Source: Octopus vulgaris
Taxonomy: Eukaryota
DNA: 64,000 nt
Assembly (NCBI GenBank): GCA_951406725.2
Contig: OX597822.1
Location: 35,092,001 to 35,156,000, forward strand
Direction: 5' to 3'
Position numbers and translations under genes: made by a program. The notes under the pieces were generated by a model. The model was not told the DNA's origin. It did no database searches and saw nothing but the letters and a program-made list of their open reading frames with translations. Of this stretch, positions 25,244 to 38,740 are shown piece by piece. Each line of letters begins with the position of its first letter. Position 1 is the first letter of the stretch.

Positions 25244-25463
25244 GATGTTGTGGTGGTGACTGCTGTTAGCAATGGAAGTGATAAAAGTGATAGTTAAAGA
25301 AAAGGTATTGTTTTAGCGAAAATGGCGGGAGGCAACCTGCTGGTGGTAGTAGTGTGAGCCGTGACAGATGCCGTGGAAACAACTGCAACAACTACCACAA
25401 CAACAACAGCAATAACTACAACCCCAACAAGAGTAATAGCAACAACTGCAATAACAAGAGCAG

Positions 25464-25497
<34 letters not shown>

Positions 25498-25620
25498 AAC
25501 TACCACTACAACTACTACCACTACTACTACTACTACCACTACTACTACTACCACTACTACTACTACCACTACTACTACAACAACAACAATAATAATAGCA
25601 ACAAGGGCAACAACAATGGT
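24340..25620. repeat. Compound (GTT/GTA/GGT)n low-complexity tract with an inverted duplication
   Basis: 24388-24578 is the reverse complement of about 25388-25618. Confidence 0.85.
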
Positions 25621-26029
25621 GGTGGGTAATACGGAGCCCTGAGTAACTATTCTTGTCGTTGTTGATCTTGTCTAACTCAGCCCTGATCGAAAGCTTTCCA
25701 TCTAAGGCCCTCTTGTCTTTTTCTATGTAAATCAGGGATCCCACGATCCCATTTTCAACATCTTTTGACTCTTATCCTCTACCTTTTTCAGTATTTAGAC
25801 TGCGGCCATGTTAGGGAGCCGCCTTGAAGAATTTTAGCCTAACGAATTCACACTAGAAATTTTCCCATATTTTTTAAAGTCCGGTACCTACACTTTTGCC
25901 GAAACGCCAAGTCCCGTGACATGAACCGAAGGTGATTCCATTACTTATTTTGCACAAATCGAGACAGCACATGCGGGTCGTATCATTATAATGATACCAG
26001 AAAGATTTTTCTTGATTGTTATCATCTAG

Positions 26030-26810
26030 AAGGCGGCGAGCTTCGCAGAAATGTTAGCACACCGAGCGAAATGCTTAGCGGTATTTCGTCTGCCGTTACG
26101 TTGTGAGTTCAAATTCCGCCGAGGTCGACTTTGCCTTTCATCCTTTCGGGGTCGATAAATTAAGTACCAGTTACGCACTGGGGTCGATATAATCGACTTA
26201 ATACCTATGTCTGTCCTTGTTTGTCCCCTCTGTGTTTAGCCCCTTGTGGGTAATAAAGAAATAGGTATTTCATCTGTCTTTACGTTCTGAGTTCAAATTC
26301 TGCCGAGTTCGAATTTGCCCTTCATCCTTTCGGGGTCGATAAATTAAGTACCAGTTGCGTACTGGGGTCGATCTAACCGACTGACCCTTCCCAAAAATTT
26401 TCGGGCCTTGCGCCTAGAGTAGAAAAGAATCGTTAGCACGGTGGACGAAATGCTTAGCAGTATTTCGTCTGCCGTTACGTTCTGAGTTCAAATTCTGCCG
26501 ATGTCTACCTCGCCTTTCATCCTTTCGGGGTCGATTAAATAAGTACTAGTTACGCACTGGGGTCGATATAATCGACTTAATCCGTTTGTCTGTCCTTGTT
26601 TGTCCCTTCTCTGTTTAGCCCCTTGTGGGTAGTAAAGAAATAGGTATTTCGCTCGTCGCTACGTTCTGAGTTCAAATTCCGCCGAGGTAGACTTTGCTTT
26701 TCATCTTTTCGAGATCGATAAAAGAAGTACCAGTTGAACAATGAGGTCGATGAAATCGACTCATCCTCACCTCCTCCAAGCTGCCCTTGAGGCAAAAATT
26801 TGAAATAATA
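26030..26810 (+). mobile_element. SINE family A tetramer
   Basis: Four successive gagttcaaatt...catcctttcggggtcgat units. Confidence 0.9.
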
Positions 26811-27249
26811 ATTATCACCATCTAGTAATGAGCGGTCGCAAGGCTGCCGACAAAGGTGGGAGAGAGCAAGCGGTGTATCCTAATAAAAGAAAAACCTGGC
26901 CCCAAATACCTGCAGATGAGTGACCTCTTCCAAAGGCATCCCAAGTGCCAGGTCGTGGTGGTAAAGTAGGATGACGGGTTAAATCTACTACGCAACTAGA
27001 TCAAAGAAGGATTTGAATTCGCTGAAGTGTGAAGTAGCCGAGAAGGTATCTATATGTGGTCGTGACTTCATAAGTATCTACAAAATTTACCGAAAGCATG
27101 ACACATGCTATCAAACTATACTTGCCTACGATTAACGGCTATGATTTTGCTAGTCAACGATATAAGTAATAGGGTGGATATAATCGATTACACTCTGGGC
27201 GGTGCCCCAGATTGGTCGGGCTACAGTATTTGAAACCAATAAAAAAATG

Positions 27250-27475
27250 CGAAAGAAGAAGAAGAATGATAATAATAATGATAATAATAAGAAGAATAAG
27301 AAGAAGAATGATAATAATAATAATAAAAAGAAGAAGAAGAAGAATGAAAATGATAATAATAATAAGAAGAAGAATGTTAATAATAATAAGAAGAAGAATG
27401 ATAATAATAATAAGAAGAAGAAGAAGAAAAAGAATGATAATAATAATAATAAGAAGAAGAAGAAGAATGATGATG

Positions 27476-27567
<92 letters not shown>

Positions 27568-27597
27568 AAGAACAACAACAACAACAACAACAACAAC
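27250..27597. repeat. Compound (AAT)/(AAG)/(AAC) microsatellite
   Basis: Direct observation; alternating aagaagaagaatgataataat higher-order units. Confidence 0.95.
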
Positions 27598-28206
27598 TAG
27601 CAAATGTGGTAAACATATTAATGATGTGTGCTGGTTTTAATGTCGATATTGATAGTAAATTGCGATGGAGGAGGGGGCGTTGGCGCTGTTCAGTTATTCT
27701 CAAGTCAATGTGACACTGAAGCACAGAGAAAGTTAATACGAGCAATCATTCATAATATATTCTCGTAGCAGTCATGATGTCATTATTGTTAGAACGTATC
27801 TCGCTCAAAGATTTAAGACAAATATCATGCCGTAGCCATTTGAAACACAGCAGGAAGTTCGTTGAGTGAGATTCCTTTTCAATAATGTGTGCAATTACAT
27901 GAAAAATCAGATTCTTAGTACAGTGAAGTGGAGAAGAGTAAAGTTTGAGAAAATTTATATCGTGCAGATAAAGATATTATGTTGAAGTTATGAATTACTC
28001 TAACATTATGAGGTTAATATCATGGACAGGTAAGATGGCGGAGAATGACTTGTAGTGAGAACAGTATTAGGGGTTCTAGGTTATGTAGCCAAAGATGACG
28101 GCGATGATGACGTCAGTGATGAAGATGATGATGATGATGGTGGTGTTGGTGGTGGTTATGATGGCGGTGGCTCTACAGGTGGTGTGGTGCTAGTGGTGGT
28201 AGTAGT

Positions 28207-28440
28207 GGCGGCGAGCTGGCAGAAGTGTTAGCACGTCGGGTGAAATGCTTTGCGGTATTTCGTCTGCCATTACGTTCTAAGTTCAAATTCCGCTGAGGTC
28301 GACTTTGCCTTTCATCCTTTCGGGGTCGATAAATTAAGTACCAGTTACGCACTGCGGTCGATGTAATCGACTTAATACCTATGTTTGTCCTTGTTTGTTC
28401 CCTCTATGTTTAGCCCCTTGTGGGTAATAATGAAATAGGT
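28207..28440 (+). mobile_element. SINE family A monomer
   Basis: Full head-core-tail inserted in a (GGT/GTA)n tract. Confidence 0.85.
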
Positions 28441-29096
28441 GGTAGTAGTGGTGGCAGGAGTGTCAGTGACAGTGTTGGCATTTGTGATAGTGGTTGTAGT
28501 GGTGGTGATGGTTGTCGCAGTTGCAGTGGTGGAGGTAGAATTGGTGGTGTGATAGTGTTTGTATTTCTAGCGGTGGTGACGTTGATGCAAAATTCAGTGG
28601 CTGTCAGTTGTGGCGTCGATGGTGTTGATTTTAATAAGAATTATCACGGTGATTCTAATGTTGTTGTTGTTGGTGGTGGTGGTGGTAATGATGCTGATGC
28701 TGGAAGTTGTGGTGGCGGTGATGGAGGTGAAGCTTGCTGTTGCTTTCGTGGTGCTGGTGAGGATTGTTGTCGTAAGATGGTGAGGACTGTTGTCGTAATG
28801 AGGATAATGATTCTGAAGAGGAGTGCCGGGTGATGTGCTTACATTCAGCCGTTTAGCCTCAAATCAGTACCGTTCCTAAAGAGTGCCTACGTTCGAATGT
28901 GTTCTAACAGTTACCATTCCGTTGTTTTTTTATCTTCCCCTATTTTGCTCTATCAAAGTCAAGATTAACCAGTAAAGCGTTATTTAAATAAGTCGAATGT
29001 TATTTCTGTGATAATAGCCTGCTTCTCTGCTCTACCTGAATAACAGTAAAAAAAAAAAGCTCCTTCGCTGACCTTTTGTAACATACAATTTAGAGC

Positions 29097-29274
29097 CAGG
29101 GGCGTAGTCAGGTTCAAAAGTTAAGGGGAGCGAGGGCATAAAAAAATGGCGCCGCGACATATACCAAGCAATTTTTAACTCGTTCTTTTTACACTTTACA
29201 AAAAGCTCCAATTATGGAAAATGTGCTCTTGGAAAGCGGTCGACACTCTTGCCTCTCTATTAGTTACACCACTG
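29097..29274. mobile_element. hAT-type MITE
   Basis: Imperfect TIRs caggggcgtagtca / tagttacaccactg; 8 bp TSD tttagagc / tctagagc. Confidence 0.65.
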
Positions 29275-29392
29275 TCTAGAGCTAGGAATAGCTTGGATGG
29301 AAATTTAGAAAGAGATATTATCTTTTATATTTTATCGATTAAGCTTTTACTAACGTAAGACGACTAAACATCGGCCATCCTCAGACAATGCT

Positions 29393-29900
29393 CTCTTCTC
29401 TTTCTTAGGCCTCTTGATTCCTCGGGGGGACATAGGGCCGCAACAACATTTCTCCAATGGACGCGGTTCTAGGGGATCCTCTTCAGCTCGACCCACGTCA
29501 TTCCGGATGCCCTCACCTCTGCGTCGACACTCCTGCACCAAAACTGTTTTGGTCGGCCCACTTTTCGCTTCTACTGTGGGTTCCAGTCAAGAGCCTGCTT
29601 GGTGACATCTGGCGCAGGCGTTCGTAGCGTGTGTCCTATCCGTTCCTATTTCCGTTTCTTGATATCAGTCTCGATTGTGGCTTGTCTTAGACTGTCCCAC
29701 AGTTGTTCATTGGAGACGTCTTCTGGCCACCTGATGTTAAGGATGTTTCTGAGACATCTGTTAGTGACTGTCTGAAGCTTGTGGGTGTTAGTCTTGGTCA
29801 TTCGTCTAGTCACTGAGCCATAAAATAGAACAGATTTAACATTTGTGTTGAAGATCCGTATCATGTTGTGGAGTGAGAGGGTTGTTGATCTCCAGATTAG
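29393..29900 (-). mobile_element. RTE-clade LINE 3' fragment
   Basis: RIFNTNVKSVLFYGS...NRCLRNILNIRWPEDVSNEQLW...IGHTLR...KQALDWNPQ*KRKVGRPK...WRNVVAALCP; short AAG-rich tail. Confidence 0.9.
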
Positions 29901-30164
29901 TCACATGTAGAGGTCTGTTTATTTGGCATTTAATGTCCTCATCTGTATTCAAGGCTTTTAGTTGAGCCGTTCGAACTGAGTACTTATTTGTAAGTTTGGT
30001 ACTTCATGGCGATGTAAACAAACAAAAGCAGCTGTTAAGGTGGGGCACTAAATTTCGTTAAAAGATTTTGGGAGATTGGCCCTGTGAACATGCTTTCACG
30101 ACACCCTTAAAGCCAGGAATTTTCAGCATCCACTCGTATGTATATATACATATAATAAACTCGC

Positions 30165-30485
30165 ACTTCGTCAGTTACGACGACGAGTGTTTCAGTTGAT
30201 CCAATCAATAGAACATTCTGCTCGTGAAATTAACATGCAAGTGGCTGAGCACTCCACAGACACATGTACCCTTACGTAGTCTTCAGTGAGATTCAGCATG
30301 ACACAGAGTGAGACAAAGCTGGCCCTTAGAAATACAACTACTACTCATTTTTTTTTTGCCAGCCGCGTGGACTGGAGCAACGTGAAATAAAATGCCTTGG
30401 TCAAAGACACAATGCGCTGCCGGGAATTTATCTCAGGACCTTACGATCGTGAGCCAAATACCCTAACCACTAGGCGACGCACCTA
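30165..30485 (-). mobile_element. SINE family C (head type 2, tail b)
   Basis: Minus-strand head gcgtcgcctagtggttagggtatttggctcacgatcgtaagg; tail as in 23792. Confidence 0.8.
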
Positions 30486-30509
30486 CACTATATGTGTGTG
30501 TGTGTGTGT

Positions 30510-30830
<321 letters not shown>

Positions 30831-32006
30831 TAGAAATCGTATATATGCACATATATGACGGGTTTCTACAGAGTCTCCGTTAACTAAATTTATTGATAAG
30901 GCACCGACCTGCTTGGCACTATAATAAAAGACACTTGCCCCAAGGCAACACTCAATGAGAATGAACTCAAAACCACATGGTTGCAAATCGAACTTCTTAA
31001 CCTCACGGTCATGCCTTTGACATTATAACAAATTCGGTGACCGAAGAAATACAAGAATAGAAAGATAGATATGCACATGAGCTTTACGCAGGGATTATAC
31101 GACAAGGAGTTAAAAAGGCCCAATAATGTCTCTTCTTAATCACTTTATATGTTAGTATTAACGTTAATCGTTAAAAGTTCTTTGAAACGTAAATACTGAG
31201 GCATATGAATGGTTCTTTGTGTCTATGAATATGTAATTCATAATGCGCCGTTTGTACCGCGTTAGTCACATCATAATATAAATGAACACACACACACACA
31301 CACACACAAACACACACACGTGATTCAGGATCGTGTTCCATTCTTTTTACGTCAATCTAAGCCCTTTCACTACTGGAGCCATGGTTGTTTAGCTCTCGTG
31401 TTCCTGACGCATATTTATTCAGACAGACAAATCTTCAAAAACTTTCCTCTTTGCTACACACAATTCGCTTTTCCTTTTCCCCTAATGGCATGCCAGCATA
31501 GGAGAAATACTTGATTCTTGATATTATCACTACTCTTCTAATGAAACAGGTCTTAATTGCCGTTTGGTAATAATAACATATCCTCTAAAGGTGAATGCAG
31601 CTTAATAAAACAAGTGTTTTATATATCTGTATTCCCGTGTTTTCCAATCAAATGCCACAAGTAACTCTGAGCTAATATCTAATTCTGTATTAAATTACGT
31701 ACACAGTGCATACATAAATACGTACGTACATACATAAATACGTACGTACATACATAAAAGTAGGTACGTATATATGTATATATTTATGTATGTGTTTGTA
31801 TGTTTTCATGTGTATGATGTATTTCTAATCAAGAGACTAGCAAACATATTTCTTCCCCCATGAGTCGAAATATTATTAACGAGACAAATAGTATGACGTA
31901 AATTTGATAATATTCTATGACTAAATAATGAATTTAGTTAATGTGAGCCGTGTTGCATTGTTATATATATATATATATATATACATACATATACATACAC
32001 ACATAC

Positions 32007-32046
<40 letters not shown>

Positions 32047-32335
32047 TTATGCATATATATTTATATTCATATGGATATGTATGTGTGTATATACTTACGA
32101 GTGAATAAGTGAGTACGTATATATTTCTGTCTACAGAAACACAAACATGTATATTTATATGAACATGTATATGTACATGAAAATGTGTATATGTTTGTGT
32201 GTGTGTTTGTGTGTGTATGTGTGCGTTATACTATATTAAAAGTATATTATTTAAAGTTATGTTGTTGGTTTAAAAAATTGGCAAATTACATAAAATATTT
32301 ATAAATTACACCTGCTTTGATACATTATAGATACA

Positions 32336-32392
<57 letters not shown>

Positions 32393-32634
32393 CAATACGG
32401 ATATAGGTATATATATATATAGATATATACATGCTTATATATATATATACTTATATAAACCTATATATATGCATATATAAGTACATAGTCATACATACGC
32501 CCATATACACACATGCATACATACATACATACATACATACATACATACATACATACATACATACATACATACATACATACATACATACATACATACATAC
32601 ATACATACAGCCTTCGAATTTAATATATTCTCTC

Positions 32635-33730
32635 TCAGACAACATTTGCTAAACAACTGCAGCGAATACAATAAATTACCTTCGTGCTGGAAAGTGAAGC
32701 GAACAGCATCCTATGAGTCGGCAGCAAGTTCCTCAGGGACCACTCTTCCTGATGACCTCTTATACAACGTCAAAACAGTGGACTACCTCAAATTAGCCTT
32801 GTCTGTGAATTGCTCAACATGCCGAAAATACTATACACGGGTATGTGTCCCGAAAACTTGCAGAAGACGGTAATATTAGTTTCAAATTTTAGAACAAACT
32901 CGGCAAGTTTGGTGGAAGAGTGTTAGCCAATTCCATCGACCCTTGTGCTAAACTCGTACTAATTTCATTGACCCAGAAAGGATGAAAGCAAAATCGACCT
33001 GGGCTGAATTTGAACACAGAATGAAAAGACGGACGAAATGCCACTAAGCATTTATTCCACCATGCTAACGATTCTACCTGCTCGCCTCCTTGAAGACAAC
33101 AATATTGACATGATGCGAAGATTTTCTTGGGATCAGGACAGCTACATCACACTTCGAAGGCAATGCATTTGCAATCCAAGAACAGTAGATTGCTACGAAA
33201 TACCAAATAAATAAAAGAGACAGTGAAGACCCAAGATGCAACCGAAAATTTGGATTATGCTATATCTTTGTGGAAAACATCACGTATATGAGTAGCAGCG
33301 ACCCCAAAATATCATAAAGTACTACCTTCCTATGCGACATGACGTTGATGCCAAAACAATATACAAAGCCACCCGGAAAAAATCTGTCCTGGAATAAGTA
33401 TAGAGAATCCCCCTGTTATTGAATACGTTGACAAACACCTACGAAAAGAATACCAGTGAAACATTCCGATAAAAATAGACCTATCAATGTAAGCATAACA
33501 GGTTGGACATTGTTTGGGAAACCAAGAGGTATATACCTTCAGAGAGGTCAACTGTCCAGCGGATGTAAATATCTCTTTCAAAATCAAAGAGGAAAAAGAT
33601 AACTATGGACAACTTATTCGAAAACTCCAGATCCTATATCCAGATAACAAATTTACGTTTATGTTAATAATAATCGGTGTACATGATTTTGCGGGTAAAT
33701 GTCTAACAGACAATCTGGATGAGCTTGCAA
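32635..33730 (+). mobile_element. Decayed R4-like non-LTR retrotransposon (post-RT linker, Zn knuckle, RLE), interrupted by a SINE
   Basis: IHGYVSRKLAEDGNI / SHFEGNAFAIQEQ*IATKY...RHDVDAK...EVNCPADVNISFKIKEEKDNYGQLIR...IIIG; SINE A at about 32878-33090 is flanked by gaagac..taatatt / gaagac..caatatt. Confidence 0.7.
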
Positions 33731-33790
33731 AAATCATTGATATATGTTTAGGAGTAATGAAATTATCAATATTGAGGGGGAAAAAAACAA

Positions 33791-34090
33791 GAAGAAAATG
33801 GAGAATAAACGGATGTAATTACTTGTATGTTACAAAAGATGATATTTAAAAAAAAAATAACAGTACAAATAAATTGATTAGAAGTTGAAAGCCCAAAGAG
33901 AAATAAATTAAGATTAAGAAAAATTAATTTTTGTTTGAGCTTTCAACTTCTACTCAATGTATTTGTACTGTTATTTCTTTTAAAATATGTGATCTTTTTG
34001 TAAAATACAAATAAATTAGTAATTACATCCATTTCATCTCCATTTTCTTTTTGTCCACTATAAATAGTTCAGCTAAAGTACCCGGCGTCA
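33791..34090. repeat. ~260 bp imperfect palindrome plus short tail
   Basis: 33791-33895 is inverted against 33934-34050. Confidence 0.75.
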
Positions 34091-34200
34091 GAAATATGGA
34101 AACGTATTTTATTTAAATTTTACTAAAACTTCTGAACAAATCGTAGTCGGAATATCAGGCTGACTGTTTTTACATTTTTGTCATAAACACGAGTCTAGGA

Positions 34201-34277
34201 GTGGATGGATGGATGGATGGATGGATGGATGGAAGGAAGGAAGGAAGGAAGGAAGGAAAGAGAGAGAGAGAGAATGA

Positions 34278-34340
<63 letters not shown>

Positions 34341-34357
34341 AAAGAAAACAAGCAAGC

Positions 34358-34437
<80 letters not shown>

Positions 34438-34557
34438 CAGAAAGAAGGAAGGAAAGAAAGAAAGAAAGACATAAAGAAAGAAAGAAAGAAAGAAAGAAGG
34501 AAAGAAGGAAAGAAGGAAAGAAGGAAAGAAAGAAAGAAGGAAAGAAGGAAAGAAGGA

Positions 34558-34589
<32 letters not shown>

Positions 34590-34630
34590 GAGAAAGAGAG
34601 AAAGAAAGAAAGACAGAAGGAAAGAAAGAG

Positions 34631-34667
<37 letters not shown>

Positions 34668-34684
34668 AAGAAAGAGAGAGAGAG

Positions 34685-34751
<67 letters not shown>

Positions 34752-34781
34752 AAGAAAGAAAGAGAGAAAGAAGAAAGAGAG

Positions 34782-34812
<31 letters not shown>

Positions 34813-34851
34813 GACAGAAAGAAAGAAAGAGAGAGAGAAAGAAAGAGAGAG

Positions 34852-34902
<51 letters not shown>

Positions 34903-34980
34903 AAAAAAGAGAGAAAGAAAGAAGGAAAGAAAGAAAGAGAGAAAGACAGAAAGACAGAAAGAAAGAAAGAAAGAAAGAAA
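34201..34980. repeat. (GGAT)/(GGAA)/(GCAA)/(GAAA)n polypurine tract
   Basis: Direct observation; about 780 bp, largely purine on the + strand. Confidence 0.95.
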
Positions 34981-35228
34981 TCGCCAATTGCTTGTTTCCA
35001 GTTTCGTTTCATCTCCAATTAAGCATAAACCTGAAGCTGAATCTCCAACTGTACATTCTAGGGTAAACCCTAAATTTCAAACTTGCCCCCAAACACTAAT
35101 AGATAATCTGCGATCGTAAAGCCTAACGCATTTCTTTTCCTCTTTAGGATCATAACCTCCAATGTTGAAAAAATTATTTTGAAAACAGTTCAAAAACTTT
35201 TAAATTACCTTTTAGATTTTAAGTTTCA

Positions 35229-35701
35229 CTAGCACTGCGACCCGGCGTTGCCGGGTCGTAGTAAAAATTTCTCACTAAATCAAGGACTAAATTTCTTATC
35301 ACATTTCAGCCCGGACCAGTTTTGTTATTTATGAGCCAGTTGGAACTTTTTATGAGAGTAATTAATATTCATTGGACTTCGGTTTTCACATCTGGAACGG
35401 CATAATCATGGAAAATTAGTGGGACTGGGCACATGCCATTAGTCGGACAAAAAAGGAGACAGAAGAAAGCGAAAAATTCGTATTTGGCCGCAAAATAACT
35501 TATGGGCATAAGGGGTCGGTTTATCGAGGTTTTAATGGCTTTCTGGGGTGACTGGGGAAATGAGAAGATCTTTACGACCATCCTCAGACAGCTTTAAAAG
35601 CCCATAGAAAATGCAAGCCTTTTATGTGAAAAACTGTAGATTTGGATAAAGGACACACAGACACAGATACACAGATATTTTGCCGTTTATAGACATAGAG
35701 A
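35229..35701 (-). mobile_element. Non-autonomous Helitron
   Basis: Minus strand begins TCTCTATGTCTATAAACGGC and ends with hairpin CGACCCGGC-AAC-GCCGGGTCG plus GCTAG; inserted between A and T with no TSD. Confidence 0.85.
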
Positions 35702-35880
35702 TTAGTTTACGTCAGACTGCAGTCATTCTGGAGCAACGCCTTGAAGGATTAGTTCAAACAAATCGACCCCAGTTCTTACTTATATTTTAAAGCTAGGTAC
35801 AAATTCTATCAGTATCTTTTGCCAAACTGCTACATTATGATAACAAAACAACACTTGTCAAGTGATGATAAGGGACAGAT

Positions 35881-35923
<43 letters not shown>

Positions 35924-36852
35924 TAGGCACAAAGACACATGCGTACGCGCACTCGCACACACGCATATGTGTGAGTATATTATTAGATAAACGCACTATA
36001 TGTTTTGTGTGAGCTATTATTCATTTCATATGCTGACAGTATTTTTAACACGTATGGTGTTAAATAACCAAGCACTGCCCACAAGCGAGCATAGACGAAA
36101 AAGCCCTTTCTCACTTACCCTCTCATTATCGCCCCATTTTAACTTGTTATACCATGTGTGCAGTCATTCATGATTGTACTAGGACACCAGGCTGGTAAAA
36201 AAATATCTTCTGGCATGCTCTCAGCGCATGAAACTAATAATAGTATATAAAAACATATATTGTGTTTATTAAATAATATTTCTCTCACAAGATGGAGTAC
36301 TTTTCTTGTTTTCTTGTTGTTCCAACATGGAACAGTAAAAAAAGAAAAACAATGTCACCAGAATTTTAACGAATCAAAAATCAGATCCGTTCGCAGAAAA
36401 AATATTATAATCTCGTCTGATTCCAAAACATACCATTACAAGCGAAAGCGTCTATTAGAAGAGGATCAGGAAAACTAAACTAAATTCCCTTTTTTTACTA
36501 TTTTTATTTCACATTTTTATTCAGTATGACTTCTCGACCACCACTAAAATTAATGAACTTTGAACACTCAAACAAATTGATATATAGTTTTAATTTTATT
36601 GACTGCATTGAACATTCAAACTTACACCTTCTGTTTTGAACATGTTAATTTATCAACATTGAAACATTTTAATTTGTCAACATTGAAACTTTTAAAGATG
36701 TTTTTTTGTTTCTAAATTTAAACAGTTACCAATGATAAACAAAAAATATTGTTGAAACTAGTTTGGTAGATATGTAAATAAATGTATTTTAAACATTTAC
36801 GAGTTTTTAAAATTTAGGTGCATTTTCAACAACACATTTTCCTATATATATA

Positions 36853-37149
36853 TAGCCTTGTGAGTGGATTTGGTAGACGGAAACTGAAAGAAGCCTGTCG
36901 TATATATGTATATATATGTATGTGCGTGTATGTTTGTGTGTCTGTGTTTGTCCCCCTAGCATTGCTTGACAACCGATGCTGGTGTATTTATGTCCCCGTC
37001 ACTTAGCGGTTCGGCAAAAGAGACCGATAGAATAAGTATTGGGCTTACAAAGAATAAGTCCCGGGGTCGAGTTGCTCGATTAAAGGCGGTGCACCAGCAT
37101 GGCCGCAGTCAAAATGACTGAAACAAGTAAAGAAGTAAGAAAAAAAAAG

Positions 37150-37185
<36 letters not shown>

Positions 37186-37350
37186 CTGGGTTTTTTTCAG
37201 TTTCCGTCTACCAAATCCACAAATCCACTCACAACGCATTGGCCGGCCCAACGCTATAGTAGAAGGCACTTGACCAAGGTCCCACGCAGTGGGACTCAAT
37301 TCAGAACCTTGTGGATGAGAAGCAAAGTTCTTACGACATTCTCGGCTGTG
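36853..37350. mobile_element. Two SINE family B pieces in opposite orientation
   Basis: + strand 3' part at 36853-37140; - strand 5' half at 37180-37350. Confidence 0.8.
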
Positions 37351-38551
37351 CCTCTCTCATGAACAAAAAAAAACAAGAATTTGACTGCTATTTCTAGGAT
37401 ATCCATAGACAACATATGGCCCAGCGTTCGCTGGTGTTCGTGTAGTAACATTGGTAAAGGAAGAGGAGGCTAAAGCAGCGATGTACAGCTGAATTTGATT
37501 ATAGGTGAGAGCGTACAAACGAAAGGTAGCTAACCGAAATGCTTATCTCTAAGCATACATTGATACAGCCCTCATTTTCGACTCGTGTTATTTGTGTGAG
37601 GTAAAATATATCTATGTACATGTTTATGCTTCTTCCCTTTTTTTTTATCTCTATCTTTGTGAGAGTTTGTACGTATCTTATCCGCGTTATTTTCTACGTT
37701 GATGCTTACCGAAACCCAACTCGTTACCCTTTCAAGTTGAATGTTTCGTTTTAATATCACGGGTCAAGAGCACAATCACACATCACGCATGCATACATAC
37801 ATACATACATACAAACATACATACACATATGCAGAGCGAGAGAGACGGCGTATAGAGATAGGTACATATTATATCACGAGTGAAGTACATGTAAGCATGT
37901 GGTGTATCTATGGCGTGTATGAACCTGTGTCTCGCCCATGATATCATACAATCCACCCTCTGCCTCTCTCTCTTAGTTTCTGTACCTCTCCCCCCTCTCT
38001 CTCTCTCTATCTCTCCCCAACCCTCTCTCTCTCCCTGCGTTTCTCTCTCTCTCTCTATGTGTGCGCGCGCGTGTATTTGTGTGTGTACACATATGCACCA
38101 GCGGTGACTGTGTGTTTAAGGAGCTCGCTTCATAACCACGTGTTCTAGGGTCTCACTGCGTTGCATCTTGAACAAGCCAATTCATTGTGAGTGAATCTGT
38201 TCGACGGAAACGGGGTGAAAGGCCGGCGCATGCGCATGTGTGGGTGTGTGGGTGTGTGCGCGCGTGCGGAGAGAGTAGTTTCTCCGTGTTTTCTTTTTCC
38301 TCTCACCGCCATCACTTGACCGCTAGTTTTGCTTTGGTTACTTTCCCGTAACTTAGCAGTTCGGCTAAAAGGTCCTAGAGAATACGAACCAGACTTAAGG
38401 AATAAGAATTGGTGTCGGTTTCTTCGTCTAGAAACTTTAAAGCGGTTCCTCGGCGTTTCCGCTGCCCAGTGACCGAAACACGTATTGTGTGTGTGTGTCT
38501 GTGTGTGTGATATTTTCACGTGTTCCAGTCAGTGGACAACGGCAGTATAGT

Positions 38552-38740
38552 GGAGGCGCAATGGCCCAGTGGTTTGGCCAGCGGACTCGCGGTCGTAAGC
38601 ACGCGGTTTCGATTCCCGGGCCGGGCATTGTGAATGTTTATTGAGCAAAAATACCTCAGCTTCACGAGGCTCCCGGGGGGGGGGGGTGAACCCCGCTGTA
38701 CTCTTTCACCATAACTTTCAATCTTTCTTGGTACTTCTGC
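38552..38740 (+). mobile_element. SINE family C head type 1 (truncated or other tail)
   Basis: ggaggcgcaatggcccagtggtttggccagcggactcgcggtcgtaagcacgcggtttcgattccc. Confidence 0.8.

Noticed and set aside
26030-26810. Regularly spaced repeats as a CRISPR-like array
   Set aside because: The units are ~130-230 bp SINE monomers with homologous, not unique, spacers; eukaryotic context and no cas genes.
32639-32873. Apparent exon (ctctctcAG...GGgtatgt) with a 75 aa ORF
   Set aside because: It is better explained as the upstream part of the decayed R4-like element (IHGYV motif continuing past the SINE insertion).
34170-35022. 270-280 aa ORFs (ERKK/SFFL repeats)
   Set aside because: They arise purely from (GAAA)n lacking stop codons.
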